From NCBI GenBank assembly GCA_964106915.2, contig OZ066914.1: a DNA stretch of 64,000 bases. One strand, written 5' to 3'. Within the stretch, counting starts at the first letter, position 1, and every line of letters starts with the position of its first letter. Made by a program: the position numbers and the translations under genes. Of the stretch, positions 11,034-24,861 are shown one piece after another. The stretch comes from Podarcis gaigeae (taxonomy: Eukaryota). The notes beneath the pieces were generated by a model, which did not search any database, was not told the origin of the DNA, and saw only the letters and a list, made by a program, of their open reading frames with translations.

Positions 11034-14000
11034 CCCCCCTTCCATTTTTGCATTAAAAAAGTAAACCTAATTTAGAGTGGGTACAAATATGCAGTGCTTG
11101 GGGCCGAAGTTGCTCTAGGTCAGCTTGCTGAGCAAGGTGGCGTTTCTAGGGGGGTCCACAAATATAAAAACTTGCTTTACTCCCAAGTCCTCTAACCACA
11201 CCTGTGGCTTGGGAAGAGGCAGTCTCCTATCTCAGTGTGCTCTGAATATCACATTGCACAAGCTTCTACTTACTTATTTGTATTTATTTATAGGCTGCCT
11301 TTTGATAAAATGCACATACCCAAATACGTAAAAAAAGCATCCAAAAGCAAGAAAGCCAACAGCAAAAATGATAAAACGCAGCATGTTTTTTAAACACCCC
11401 CCCCAAAGAAGAATTAGAATATCCCAAAGGGTTGTGCAGGGCACCACCGAAAGTTCTCTAAACTTCAGTGCAATTGAGATAAGGCCCAGCCTCTCTCAAG
11501 TATTCCGGAACAGGGATGGCAGGAATTCAAGTTTATAGGGCCTACCTCATTTTCTGATTAATTCTAAGGTCTGTCAACCAGTGTCAGGTGCAAAAGAAAG
11601 GGCAGGAACACAGACATAAGCTAATAATTAAGGAACAGGCTGCCTCTACATGTGTTCAGCCCAGGAATTGTAATCGGTATGAAAACCAAGCTCACAATCG
11701 TTTCACACAAAAGCCCACTTCTGGTTTTCCTTCCAGCTTTCTTTGTTTTAGCGGCCTAATTTAATGATGGAAGCCTTTTAGTAGTTGCTCTTGGCAGCCA
11801 GTTGAGAGTAGTTTAGAAACTCTTGCTGATCCATGACAAATTAGTCAGATACCTACCAGCAGACGCTGATCTAAATTGTGCCCGTGCTTTTTCTGGAGCA
11901 TATAGTAAGCTTGAAAGAGAGGCAGGAATTTCTTTCACTTGCACTGGGTTAAATCTAAGAAATACCTGAGGGTTTTCTGCTGCTGTTTCTTACTTTTCTC
12001 CACATACCAGTGCAGTTTAGAGGTTGGGGACTCCAGGCCAGGGCATGATCTGTGCTTTCTCCTTACGAGAAAGGGTTTGGATATTTGCTTTTGACAAGCT
12101 GGTGAGTGGATTTGTGGATTTCTGTGCTTTTCTCTCTGACCTTCAGTGCTTCCACCCAGCGACTTGCCATTCATTCACTTTAGTGAAGGAGATTGAGCTC
12201 TGAATGCATAAGGTTTTCTGTATGGTGTTGTCTTCCCCTGCAGACATGCAGAGCCAACTTATGCACATGTCTGCAGGCATTGCCCTATTCATTACCAAGT
12301 GGCATTATCTCATTTGAGGCAGTTGAGAGATGCACCCTGATGTGATGATCGTGTAGCAGCATGTTTGGAAAAGCTGTGCAGACATATATATATTATTCCA
12401 CTAGTACCACATCTGATGCTGACTGCTTAATATGATTTTATTTATTTTATGCACTGGCTGTATTTTAGTAGTGCTTGCAACACCTGAGATTGAAGGTGGG
12501 GGTGTCTTTTTAAATGCATTAAAAATACCCTCCATTATAAGATAAGTAGGAACAGTAAGAACATCTAAAAATGTTTAAAAATAGTCACATGCCCCCACAG
12601 CCAAGAATGCCAAGACTACTGGGAGCAGTATCTTTCAGCCATTGTAAGCTTTTAACTTTCTCCTAAAAGTTAGTAATGAGAAAGGCAGGCTCACATCAGC
12701 AGGAAAGGCATTTCACAAATGGGGAGCCATCACTAAGAAGACCCTGCCATGTGATCAGAGCCAGCCAGTAAGCACTTAGCAGTGGCACACCCCCAGGTAC
12801 TCGCTTGCCCGAGGGCCTTAAATATTTGACACTGGAGGAGGCAATCTGCAAGGAGCTCAAGGTGGCATACATGTCTCCCCATCCCCAATTTTTATCTGTG
12901 CAGTAACCTTGGCAGCACCTTGGGCAGAACTTAGTTGCATCATTTTATTGGGATTCACCTCTCACTGCTGGTATTTAGGTGTCTCCTTAAAACACATTTA
13001 TGTAGGCCTTTGCCATTATGTGTTTTATCTGTCTGATTTCAGTGGCATTTATTTTGTTTTGTATTGCATACTATGTTTTTAATCTTGTACACCACTTTGA
13101 GGCTGGATAAAAATGTCTTAATAAATAACCCTAAGGGTAAGCTGGGCTGAGAGATAGTGACAGGCCTGAGTTGAGCATCATTGTAGCTAAATGTGGGGAT
13201 TTGAACTCCTTCTCCCCAGCACTACTCCACCAAATGGGAAGGCAGAGAATTTGCTTCTGAATGGAGGGACATAGTAAGCACAGAGCCCTGTCTTTCCTTG
13301 TAGCTGCATTTTGGATGCAAGCTGCATCCGAATAGATTGCCATCTTTGTGCCGTGGCGTGCTATGTGAAATTGTGCTGCCAGATCGCAGTCAAACCCACA
13401 ACAGAGTAGTATGCGAAGAGGACTTGATTACCTCTTTCCCAGCATATTGCTGGCAGTGATTATTTTGCCAGAGGCAAATGATATGTACAATCAGTGCATA
13501 TTTTTCTTGCGAAGAGCTCTAGTAACTGAGATTAAGTTTACGAGATATCCTTAGAAAACACACACAACAAACCCTGATAATGAAAAGAGCACTTTCTGGG
13601 TTGTAAATGAGACTCGCAATAAGTGTTTGCCATCTACAGAGGATTAAGGGGCATAAAAGTTTGATGACGCTTCCGAGCAAAGATTCTCTGTCTTTGTTGA
13701 GAGTCTTCTTTTTAGTGGGAGGTTATATGCTTGTAATTTAGAAACCTGGATAATTGCATTTTTTTCACCTCCTTTGGAAGCGAATCTGCTCGTGCCACTT
13801 GCCACTAATATCATAAAGCTTTGAACTTTTAAATTTAATTGGTAAATAAGTGTCAAATATTGATTAAATAGGCCGGTTTGACTCTTCACAGATAATGGGT
13901 CTCAAAACAAAATAATAGATGCTTTCATGTTTCCCTGAGAAGGGTATGTGTGTCTGTGAGCGAGTGGTTCCCTAAATTGCTGCTTCAAGATCATTCAAGT

Positions 14001-15422
14001 CTGATTATTACAGACCTTGTAGCAAAACAAGAGTTCAGTTCATGGACAGACCAAATTAACGTCTATATCTTAAGCAAGCTTTTTGGAATGCAAAGGAGTT
14101 CTGTCTTTGTAAAATCCGTGATAGGCTATTGATGTTTTGGGCTGCTACAGTGAACTCTAGTTTACTTGACATTTTATATTATATAGTGTTTTAAGGGGTC
14201 ACAGCACTTCATATACCATATTTCAATAATAGCAGGTCACGTCAAAGACTGATAAATCTTCACTGGTGGAATCCAGTTGCGCTTTTGCGCCTGTGAATGT
14301 GTTCCCTAAGGGGAAAAGAGTGGGGGTGCAGTCCCCCCTGGCTGATGGTTGCTTATTATTAGATAACTAAGACAGACAATTAGCCATTTAGTTGCTCATA
14401 CCAGCAGTCTCTTAATTCTGCCATTATTTGGCACCAGGATTTTTCATGAAAACTGCAGCATGTGTAGATGGTGCAGAAATGTCCCATATGAAAGGCTGGT
14501 GAGGAATTGTCTTCCAAAACTTTCTTAACCAAGTTCTTTTGTAGCAGTTAGCGTACTAAATCTGTCCTCTGCTTCCATGTCACAGCTGAAGATTTCATCA
14601 TTCTACTGTTAGCATTCCATGAAGGCTTCACTGTTCTTGAGCAATTCAACAGCAGCAAACTAATGTACATTTTATAGCAAAACCCATGTGATCTCATTGT
14701 TTTGATTAGGCAATACACTGCCAGGTACGGATATAAAAGATGATGATGCTTGATCGCCTTCTAAATCTTGATAACTGTAGGAAAGACTGATGTTTTGTGG
14801 TTACTGAATTAGGGCTAAGTATAAATTTCCTTGGAAGAAAATGAGCACTGGCAGCTAAGTCCTGCTTCTTGTGTTCATCCTTGATTCATGCATTACTTCT
14901 GCTACTGTGTGATTTTGGAGCCTGAAGTGTAGTAGTGGGCAGAAGATAATGCTCTCTGGTGCTTTGCTCTGATACTCAGTCTTAGACTGATTCTGCACTT
15001 CCTTATTCTACCCTCTGCTTGAAGAAGACTCCTAGGCCTGAGTGCCACATATCCAGGTTGCTTCTGGGGTTTGTTTTTGGCCTTCTGGCCTGTTCCAAAG
15101 CCCTGAACCATAATACATAGCAGGATGATATTCTGGCTTAGACAGGTGAGACCAGAGTGGCCTTGCTGGCTGAGGCTGAAGGGAATGATAGATACCACTG
15201 TATTTGCTGTGATTTGTGGGTGCTGGGCTGCTAACCCTCAAAGAATAGGTAACCTTTGGTCCTCAGGAAGTTGGTGGACTTCAGTTCCCAACAGCCTCAG
15301 CCAGAATTGCATATTGATCCATCTGCTCTCTGCAACTTCCTCCCAGAAAGTCCAAGCTCGTTTAGGATTTTCCGGCAGCAAATAACCTCACTCTACCAAA
15401 AAGCACGAAGGATTGTCTAAAG

Positions 15423-15693
15423 CAGGGGTCGGCAACCTAAGGCCCATGGGCCACAAGCTGCCCACGGGGGTCGTTTAACCGGCCCACGAGCTACCCCCCA
15501 ACCGAGCTGGCCGCTCGGCGAGTCCCCGCGTGTTACGCTAAACCGACGCAGTGCGGTGCGGGGACTCACTTCTGTGGCCCCGGAAATTGCATCTGCGCAG
15601 ACACCGGAAATCGCGGGTGCACGCGATCCGGCCCACAGAGGGATCTCCGCTGGAGTGAACCGGCCCAGGGGAGAGAAACCTTGCCGACCCCTG
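15423..15693. mobile_element. Non-autonomous hAT transposon
   Basis: TIRs caggggtcggcaa / ttgccgacccctg; TSD gtctaaag / atctaaaa. Shorter relative at 53794-53939 (TSD acttaaat / atttaaac). Confidence 0.85.
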
Positions 15694-18600
15694 ATCTAAA
15701 AGTAGGAGTGGGGGCAATTCATGGGTGCAAACAAAAATATATCGAACGTTAAAAAAAATCCACAGTGTGTCTGTTTTGTGCCACACTCCTTGTACAAATA
15801 AAATACTCGCGTCTCCAGTAAAACAAACAATTTAATACAAACAATTTAAAACATCTATGTATTGCGTGATCTACGCATGCCAATGTCCTTCTGTGTTCAT
15901 TGGCACTGGCAGCAAAATGTGCATAGGTTTGAAGCCTAATATTTTTTATGTAAATTGCTTCACAGGGAGAATGTTTATGTCTGGATTATAAAACACAAAA
16001 ACATTCATGCTTTTGCCTCACAGCTATTTGAAGAACCTTCACTTGGTAGCGGAGAGGAGAAGAAGCGTATCGCTCAGAGCATATAATTATTACCTTATGA
16101 GGCTGGGGAGATTACAATAAGATAATGTATGTGAAGAACATTGGGAAGCAACTTATAAAGGATAGTAGTAACAAGCATCCTGTGCATTAATATCAAATTT
16201 GTTGTCAGAGCGCCAGTCTTGATGCAGCCAAAATGGCATCACTCAGATCCAAGCAGTGGTATCAGTAGGTGATCTATCAGAGAGCTCTTTGGGTTCCTAA
16301 TGTCCAGCTGTTCTTATTTATTCAGCTTCCAGGTAAAACCTGATTTTGCAAGTTTGCATCCTTGCTTTTCCAACAGAATCTTTTTGCTTTCTTTCCCTTG
16401 TTTTTTAAAAAGAGGATTTCCACCCCCACCCCCCAGTGCAGGGAATTTTGATATGCAGATTTGTACAGTCTTCTGCAACACAGATACAGGCAGCCTCTCT
16501 GAGTCCTCATGGTGCAATCGCAAGGAACAGCTCTGTATTTGTGCTACAGCATTTTTTGCATGCTTCGCACATAAGCAACCAATCTCTCTGTGGTCAACTA
16601 ATCTAAAGTTGATTCTGAGTGTTGTAACATTTGCCATATTTGTTATCTGATTATTTTCATTCTTGTGCCATGTACTTGGGTGTTGATAGACTAGAAGTGT
16701 CAGTTAATGAGCCTAATTAAATAATTGCATAGTTTTTTGTATTAATTTTATTAGCTTTATGTTAATTAATGAGGGAGAAGTTCTATTTCTGCTAGGCGGG
16801 TTATTCAGCTGTAACGCAGAGTGGAGTTTTTTGAGTGTTGGTTAGAGAACAATGATAAACAAGGAGACCTCATGATTTTTTAAAATCGTGAGGTGCAGAC
16901 TTCCAGAAAGTACGTAATTGCTTCCAATCACTTGTCTTTACATTGTAGTTGAGTTGAAAATCTTTAAAACATTGGGCGGGGTTATAATTCATAGCAGAAG
17001 ATATGCCTTGCATGCAGAATCAGAGTTGGAGGGAACCTTGGAGTTCATGTAATCCAAGCCCCTGCTCAGTGCAAGAATCTGAAGTTCAGGATGCAGTTCC
17101 AGCATCCCTGAAGGATGACCGTTCAGTCTCTGCTTAAATACCTCTAGCAAAGGCAAGTCCACCACAGTCTGTTCCACTCTTGAACAGCTCTTGTTATTTC
17201 TCCTAATATTGACCTGCTATCTACTTCTGTGCAGCTTCCATCCCTTGATTCTAGTTTGGCCCAAATTGGCAACAGAGACAAAATCAGCTCCAGCTTCTTG
17301 GTGGCACGCCTTCAAATTTTCAGAGACATCTCCCCTTCACCTCTTCCTATTCTGTCTAAGGCTAAACAATACTAGCTTTGGCAACTGTTCCTCAGAGGAC
17401 TTAATTTTCAGACTCCTTGCTGTCCTGGCAGCTCTTCTCTGAGCATTGTCCAGCTGGTAAGTGGCTGTCACCACACCCATTATTCTGCTCTTGTCTCGGG
17501 CTCTTTCCAGGCCCAAACTCCAAACATCTCCATCGGCCTCTCCCACCCTGCACCCCCAAATATTTTTATCCTGCATGGCTTTGCTTGGCTGCAAACTGTG
17601 GTCTGCTGATGCAACCAGACACAATAGCATGAGGTAATCTGGAGGACTTTCCCCCTGCTTTTGTAGCCAGTTAGACATTTGCAGCTCGATTTGAACTCGG
17701 CTGTGTTTAGCGGGTGCCTTGTCCTTTATATAGTTCCTTTTGTGATGGGTATTATATGTCTTGTCTATAAATAGCTCCACCAAATGGCTTCACCAAAAGG
17801 GATAATCTTGCAAACAAAGGGGGCTTGACCTCATATGGGGGTCTCAGTCTTTGCACGGATTATATTGAACTGGCTCATACTAAGGGGGACAAATGTTGGT
17901 TTGTGTGCTGCATTCCAGCCTCACTAAAGACCCCAGATACTACTTGCTCCATCTTCCTGACCTTTTCTCTCCCAGCATGTTGCTGGGGATGAAGTCACTA
18001 TTTCTGTGATTCACAGTCTCCCAAACCGCTTGTATTTTAAAAGAGAGAGAGAGATTAAAAACAAAGGGGTGTTTTTACAACTGCTTCCTATTGATAATTG
18101 CTCTCACAGCAGGCATAGTACAGGCCACCCCTTGGAAAGCAAATGACACATTTCCTCTTTTCTCTGGCAGCCTGGCATCTAAACATTATCTGACATTGCT
18201 GCAAGGGAGGCCTCAAATTTGCGCCCTGAACTTTTCTTAATCTTTAATGGATATCTGAACCATCACACAATGCTGCTCTGTGTGTATATGTAATGAATTT
18301 CTAGTGTTGTTGTCTTCCATTCAGGCATCAGTGTGCTAAGCTATTTCTGGCTCATCAGATTCTTTTCTTCAAGGTTTGTGTGTGCATTGTGTTTACAGTG
18401 AAAGTGTATGAACGTGATCCAACACACTCACTATATTGTTGTTGGGTTCCATCCAGATTTGTCTTTGGCAGCGCTTTGGATGCTCTTGCAGGCAGAATAG
18501 AGAAGAGGTGATTTTTGGCCAGTCCTCCTCCTCCTCCCTCTGTCCTCAGAAATGTTCTCCCGTTAGTGGAGCAGCAGCCTCTGCTAGATATGAGTTATCA

Positions 18601-19219
18601 TTTGCAAAAGGAAGGAGCATAGAATTGTGGTGTTGGAAGGGAACCCAAGAGTCATCTAGTCTAGTCCCCTGCAGTGCAGAAATCTCAGCTGAAGCATCCA
18701 TGACAGATGCCCCCCCCCCCCGCTTAAAAACCTCCAAGGAAGTAGAGTCCATAGAACTCTACAGTTCTATGATTCTGTGTTCTTCTGTGAGGCTTCTATA
18801 CTGCTGGGACCTGTGGAAATAGTGTGCTTTCTCTTCTCCTGATGAATTATTTTTAATGAGGGCCAAGCCACTTGTCAGTGAATTGATCCAGAGCGTTCGG
18901 AAAGACTCCCATTTGCTTATGGAAGGGACTAACCTGACGGAGGCATCAGCCTGAGGTGGTGGAAATGAAGCAGTTTTTTTGGGGGGGCTGTTCTCCATTT
19001 CCTTGCAGCCTCTCACAACTCCTATGTTGTTCTGGGGTGTCCCTCAACCTTCTGGGCAGCTTTGCAGGGAGCTGCTGAAATTGCATGCCCCTCTTCCTTC
19101 AGTGGGAGCAGCCTGAGCCGAGTTGCGCATGGAGGGGCTCTGGATCCAAGTCAGTGCAAGTCTGTCCAGAAGTGCAGTGGTTCACCTTTCCCAGCGTGAA
19201 TGGCAGCCCTTCATTTATA

Positions 19220-19994
19220 ACCATGATAGCTCAGTTGGTTATAGCGTGGTGCTGATAACGCCAAGGTTGCAGGATTGATCCCTCTATGGGACAGCTGCCT
19301 GTTCCTGCATCATAGGGGGTTGGATTGGATCAGGGGTTGGCAAACTAAGGCCCAGGGACCGGATGCGGCCCACCGGGCTCGTTAATCTGGCCTGCAGACC
19401 CTGCGCTAAATCGGTGCGGTGCAGAGGATTCGACACATGGAGACTGACTTCCGCAATGCTGATGCAGCTTCAGATTGGCCGCAGGAAGCTCCTGCAGCCA
19501 ATCCGAAGCTGCGGATGCCTCTGGGTGGGTGGCGGCACTGGCACAGTTTCAGATTGGCCGCAGGAAGCTCCTGCAGCCAATCCGAAGCTGCGGATGCCTC
19601 TCGGCGACACCCCTTCCTTCCCGCTAAGGCAGCTGTGTATGGCCAAGAGCCAAGCGGGAGGAAGCGGTGGTGGCGGAGAGGCTGCCTCTGCTGCCCAGGC
19701 CAGTGGCCTGGGCTTTGCGCCCCTGCGGACCCCTGGCCAAGGCAGAGGATGACGACAATGCTGCCGAAGACAAGGTGGTGTCGGCAGCTGCAGCGTGAGT
19801 GGCGTTGGCGTTGGTGGGGTTTCTCCTTTCAGGTGAGGGGGGTCCTTTGGGGAGGGGGTTGCTTTTGGGAGAGGGTGGGTCCGGTCCCCCACAAGGTCAG
19901 AGGGACAGTGGACTGGCCCCCTCCTGAAAAAGTTTGCTGCCCCTGGATTGGATGATCCTCAGGGTGCCTTCCAACTCTGCAGTTCTGTGATTCT
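19220..19994 (+). mobile_element. tRNA-Ile-derived SINE with CR1 tail, split by a hAT element
   Basis: tagctcagttggttatagcgtggtgctgataacgccaaggttgcagg matches the tRNA-Ile body; the 3' part is the CR1 UTR. Confidence 0.75.
19331..19945. mobile_element. Non-autonomous hAT transposon
   Basis: TIRs caggggttggcaaact / agtttgctgcccctg. Perfect 8-bp TSD gattggat at 19323-19330 and 19946-19953. Confidence 0.9.
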
Positions 19995-20621
19995 TTGAAT
20001 TATGGAAGCAAGCAAGCCTGGCGTATTCTGAGATCAAACCTGCTCCCTGACCTTTGAGCGATTGAGAATCCTGCTGAAAGCCCCACTTCTGCCTCTGCAT
20101 AACTCTCTCCATGGGTTTTCATTGTGACGCCAGATGCACGAGGTATCTTTAGGAACTTTGGGAATATATTGTTATATGTATTCTTTTTAAGCTGCAAATG
20201 GGCTAGCTGGAAGCAGAGCCGAGGCAGGCGAGATGATTTATTTCAGTGTATTTTGAAGACAGTAATAAAGCCTCGCCCTCTTGTTCCACTGGTAAAGCAA
20301 TTGTCAAAGGGTGTGTCTGTGTGAAGGGTTTGTCAGAGGCTGGATGTGCTTGTACAGCCCATCTGAATTTGTGCGCGTCTTGCAACAAAGGATCTTTTGT
20401 CTCTCTCACTAGGCTCTTACACAAATTCTATGGCACTGAAAAAGGCAGGTTGGATATAGGATATGGATGTAGACAGAAGAACTTGGATCTGCCATCTTAA
20501 GTGTGGTTTTCTTTTTTACAAGCTGTTGTGGCAGAAGTAAGGTCTTATGAAGGAGGGGGCATCCTTAAGCCCCAGAATAGGATTGCAGCACCTGCTGACT
20601 CCTGAAATTCAGTGTAATGCA

Positions 20622-20623
<2 letters not shown>

Positions 20624-20662
<39 letters not shown>

Positions 20663-20942
20663 TAAATATTATATTCATGGAGATGTTTTGTAACTACTTA
20701 GCGCGGAGGCTTCTTGTTGAAGAGAAGGATTGAGGTCGTATCTATGTCATACTTTTAAAGGATGTGGCTTCCCCCAAAGAATCCTGGGAACTGTAGTTTG
20801 TTAAGGGTGCTGGGGATTGTAGTATTGTAAGGGGTGAGCTATGGTTCCCAGGATTCTCTGGGAGAAAACCATAGGGGGAGTGGATGCGACTTGAGCTGTG
20901 AATCAGAAAGTCCCTGCTTTCTCTAGGTGGTCTTAGGGGAAG

Positions 20943-20989
<47 letters not shown>
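20624..20989. repeat. (CA)n at about 20624-20660 and (CT)n at about 20944-20989
   Basis: Direct observation; another (CA)n at 36521-36547. Confidence 0.9.
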
Positions 20990-20994
<5 letters not shown>

Positions 20995-21559
20995 AGCCTC
21001 AGTCGCTCAATCTGAAGTAGGGGAGTAAACACTGCTGACCTTCTGAATTTCTGTAAGCCTTACAGTATAAGGATTGCAAGTGGGTTATGTATATGAAGCA
21101 CTGTGACAAATGTTATGTTTAATTACTTCATTGACAGTTTAGTGGAAGCAAAAGGGTTTTCCCCGCACACTTTTCATATACAGATAACTATTTATGGCGG
21201 GGTGTGTGTGGGGGGGTTATGTTCCGAGGCACCGCCTGTTTGAGTAAAGTAAGGTATATTTGAAACACCACTGAAAAAAGCCTGCAAGCACCCTGTTCCT
21301 GCCCTGCCCCGCCCCGTTCACACCCCCTTTTGTGATGTTTATGGCTCATTTCCGAGTTAGATGTGATGCCCATATGCGCGGTCGTGCACCTATTGAATGC
21401 AATCAAATGAGGAGTTGTCTGTACACATAAGTTGACCTACAAAGTTGTTCTGCTTGAAAATTGTCACAAATTGACACCTGTACAACGTCCCTTGTTTATT
21501 TACTACCTTAATCAATGTAAAAGCACCCTGATATTTTTCATAGAACAATGGGCAGCGAC

Positions 21560-21988
21560 AGGAAACGTGTGCAGAGGAGGGCAATCAAGATGATCAGGGG
21601 TCTGGAAACTAAGCCTTATGAGGAGCGTTTGAAGGAGCTCCTTGTTTAGCTTGGAAAAGATGAGACTGAGAGGAGATATGATAGCCATCTTCAAATATCT
21701 TAAGGGCCGTCACATGGAGGAGGGAGCATGCTTGTTTTCTCCTGCTCTGGAGAGTAGGCTTCAAGCTGCATGAAAGGAGATTCCCACTAACATTAGGGAA
21801 AACTTTCTGACAATAAGAGCTGTTCGGCAGTGGAACAGACTCCCACGAGAGGTGGTGGACTCCCTTTCTTTGGAGACTTTTAAGCAGAGGTTGGATGGCC
21901 ATCTGTTATGGATACTTTAGCTGAGATTCCTGCATTGCAGGGGGTTGGACTAGATGACCCTTGGGTCCCTTCCAACTCTGATTCTAGG
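21560..21988 (+). mobile_element. CR1 LINE 3' fragment
   Basis: KPYEERLKEL...RLRGDMIAIFKYLKG-like coding remnant plus the gggggttggactagatgaccc...cccttccaactc 3'UTR. Other CR1 3' ends at about 17016-17445 (-), 18619-18750 (-), 28690-28990 (-), 47120-47256 (-), 59545-59712 (+) and 56660-56723 (+). Confidence 0.88.
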
Positions 21989-22026
21989 ACACCCAAGAGC
22001 ACTGTACACAAACCAGTTTACAGTTA

Positions 22027-22287
22027 CAGTCGCACCTCGAATTGAATGCGCTTCGGGTTGAGCGCGTCCGAGTTGCGCTCCGCAGCAACCCGGAAGTAAC
22101 GGAGCGTGTTACATCCGGGTTTCGCTGCTCGCGCATGCGCAGACGCTAAAAATGACGTCACGCGCATGCGCGGTAGCAGCAAAACGCAACCCCGCACACG
22201 CGCAGACGCGCCGTCGTGTCTTATATTCCATTCGGGATGTGAATGGGGCTCCGGAACGGATTCCGTTTGCATCCCGAGGTACCACTG
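22027..22287. mobile_element. Tigger/pogo-type MITE
   Basis: TA|cagtcgcacctcg ... cgaggtaccactg|TA; CpG-rich interior. Same family at 22481-22714 and 24602-24861. Confidence 0.85.
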
Positions 22288-22480
22288 TACATGCCAAAGG
22301 AGTAAACAAAACCCCTCCTGCCCCCTTTATGGCATTCAAGGTACGGAAACCTCTTTCTTAGCCTAGACTATTCCTCCCTCAATCCAGAACCCCATTTACT
22401 GGAAGAAGCTGGGATAGGAAGGGGTAAGGGTAAATGCATCCATCCAGAGCTGATTCCAGTTCATTGATTGGGTGGGTATA

Positions 22481-22714
22481 CAGTCATACCTCATGTTACG
22501 TTTGCTGCAGGTTGAGCGTTTTCAGGTTGCATCCCGTGGCGACCTGGAAGTACCGGAAAGGGTTACTTCTGGGTTTCGCTGCTCGCGCAAACATGCAAAA
22601 TGATGTCATGCGCAGATGCGGCGAATCACAACCCACGCAGACACAGGTTGCGTTCTGCTCATGTTGCAAACAGGCCTCTGGAACAGATCCCGTTCGCAAC
22701 CAGAGGTACCACTG
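22481..22714. mobile_element. Tigger/pogo-type MITE (same family as 22027)
   Basis: TA|cagtcatacctc ... gaggtaccactg|TA. Confidence 0.85.
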
Positions 22715-24277
22715 TACTTTCAAATGTGTTGGGCAATTTTCTGCAAAACCCGTCCCTCTTTGAATGAAACAACTGGCAAAGCAGTATTCCACACTGAAGC
22801 GGTTTTCATTCATTTTTCCAGAGAGCAAGGCAACTCATGACTGCAGAGGAAGTGCCAGCAGGTTGGCACAAAGCCTTGTAATGTTTGTGGGGACATTTCT
22901 CTAACCAATGGCAGTTTTCCTGCAGGTTTCTTACTGCTTTTGGACCCCCCATAAGTGTTTTCTGGCTCTGAGTGTTTGGATATTGTCAAGAACACTTCTT
23001 CGGACACCAGCATTCTACCCTACCATGCACTGGAAATCTCATTGTAAAAGGAATTATAATACCCCAAACCCCCTAGTGTGATTTCCCTCCCCAACATTGG
23101 ATAAAGGTTCAGATTGTGCCAAGTGAATACCTCTCCCCTACCTTGCTGATAAGAAGTAGCTGTGGAATGTGCAGTATAACTTTGAAGCTCTTTGTGTTTT
23201 TTTGTTCCTATCCTTAAAAATAATAATAATCCACAGTATTTAAACTGAAATGTTCTGGCTAAGATCTACTCTAGTGTTTATTAAGTTGAAAGAATGATTA
23301 TAATTATGGAAAAGCCAACCTTGACTAACTCATCAAAGCGCTGAGGTTTTCTAATGCTTGCACAAGCTAAGAAAACATTCCATAATCTAAAACATTTGAA
23401 TGAATGAATCATCTAATGTATGTTGTATTATTGCACAGTGTTCTGTTGGTGTAACTCATAGTCACTCTAAAAGCTGCTCCAGTCTTTGTGAAGATCTCTG
23501 AAACTGTGCAGTTGCAAAGTCTCGCTGTCAGGAAACTGAGTACATAAAAACAGTTGTGTGGCCCATAGGTGACCAATAGGCAACTGGGTTTTTGTGGCAT
23601 CCCTAGATGGGACTAAGAGGGCCCATGGCCAAGTTATAGCATGGGGTTAGACTAGTGTCCCTGTCTCCACTGTGGTTGAACAGAGGCAAGACGGTTTCAA
23701 GGTACAGGGGGTTAGACAAGGTACATGGTCCTAGAGTTGGATCTTCTCATCCTTGGGATTTGAGTTGTACTGTATTATGCTAACCAGAAAGGTTGACTGT
23801 CACGGCGCTGACCAAAATTACATCCTTGAATCTCAGTCATCTTGGATGACAGGGCTAGCAAAGCCTTTTTTAGAAAGCCATGGTAGTGCAGTGGTTAGGA
23901 TGCTGGGAGGCGCAGGTTCAAATTCTCTCTTGTCTGTGAAACTTGGAGCTGGTGTCCTTAGGCAGGGCCAGGATCCCAGACCTAAGCAGAACCGACTGAT
24001 GATGCCCCTTCCTGAGAGCCTTCTAGGTTTTTTTTTCTGAACTGGCACTCCAAGCAGGTGGTTGGATCTAGCCACCCTTCTCAATTTTCACAATGCCCCC
24101 AGCCTATTCCCCATTCTGGAGCAATGTGGGGAATTAAAGGTTGTTGGGGGGGAGGGTTGACCCCCCCAGCAGTTCTGCTTGGAGCACTGTCACTGCACAG
24201 AGCCCACTGGCAGAGAAGGAGCACAATTTGCCCAGGGCCCCCTCACACCTGGAGCTGGCCCTGATGAAGTTCACGGG

Positions 24278-24491
24278 NNNNNNNNNNNNNNNNNNNNNNN
24301 NNNNNNNNNNNNNNNNNNNNNNNNNNNNNNNNNNNNNNNNNNNNNNNNNNNNNNNNNNNNNNNNNNNNNNNNNNNNNNNNNNNNNNNNNNNNNNNNNNNN
24401 NNNNNNNNNNNNNNNNNNNNNNNNNNNNNNNNNNNNNNNNNNNNNNNNNNNNNNNNNNNNNNNNNNNNNNNNNNNNNNNNNNNNNNNNNNN
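24278..24491. other. Assembly gap (N run)
   Basis: Run of N. Confidence 1.
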
Positions 24492-24601
24492 GATTGTTTT
24501 GAAGATGGGGGGGGGGGGGGGAGAGAACCACGTATACTTCCCAGAGCAGCTCCATTTTCAGAATGAAAATGTAATAAACAATGAAAAATATTTTTAGATT
24601 A

Positions 24602-24861
24602 CAATCATACCTCATGTTACGTCCGCTTCATGTTATGTTCTTTCAGGTTACGTCCTGCAGCGACCCGGAAGTACCGGAAAGGGTTACTTCCGGGTTTTGC
24701 TGCTCGCGCATGCGCAGAAGCACAAAATGACACCACATGCATGCGCAGAAGTGGCAAACTGCAACCCGCGTGTGTACAGACGCACCACTGCGGGTTGCAC
24801 TCTTTTTATGTTGCGAATGGGCCTCCTGAATGGATCCCGTTCGTAACCAGAGGTACCACTA
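24602..24861. mobile_element. Tigger/pogo-type MITE (same family as 22027)
   Basis: TA|caatcatacctc ... gaggtaccacta|TA. Confidence 0.82.

Noticed and set aside
19220-19295. tRNA-Ile-like (and at 36625 tRNA-Lys-like) sequence as real tRNA genes
   Set aside because: Acceptor and T arms are degenerate and run straight into CR1 tails; these are SINE heads.
24141-24615. ORFs spanning the N run
   Set aside because: Artefacts of translating through an assembly gap.
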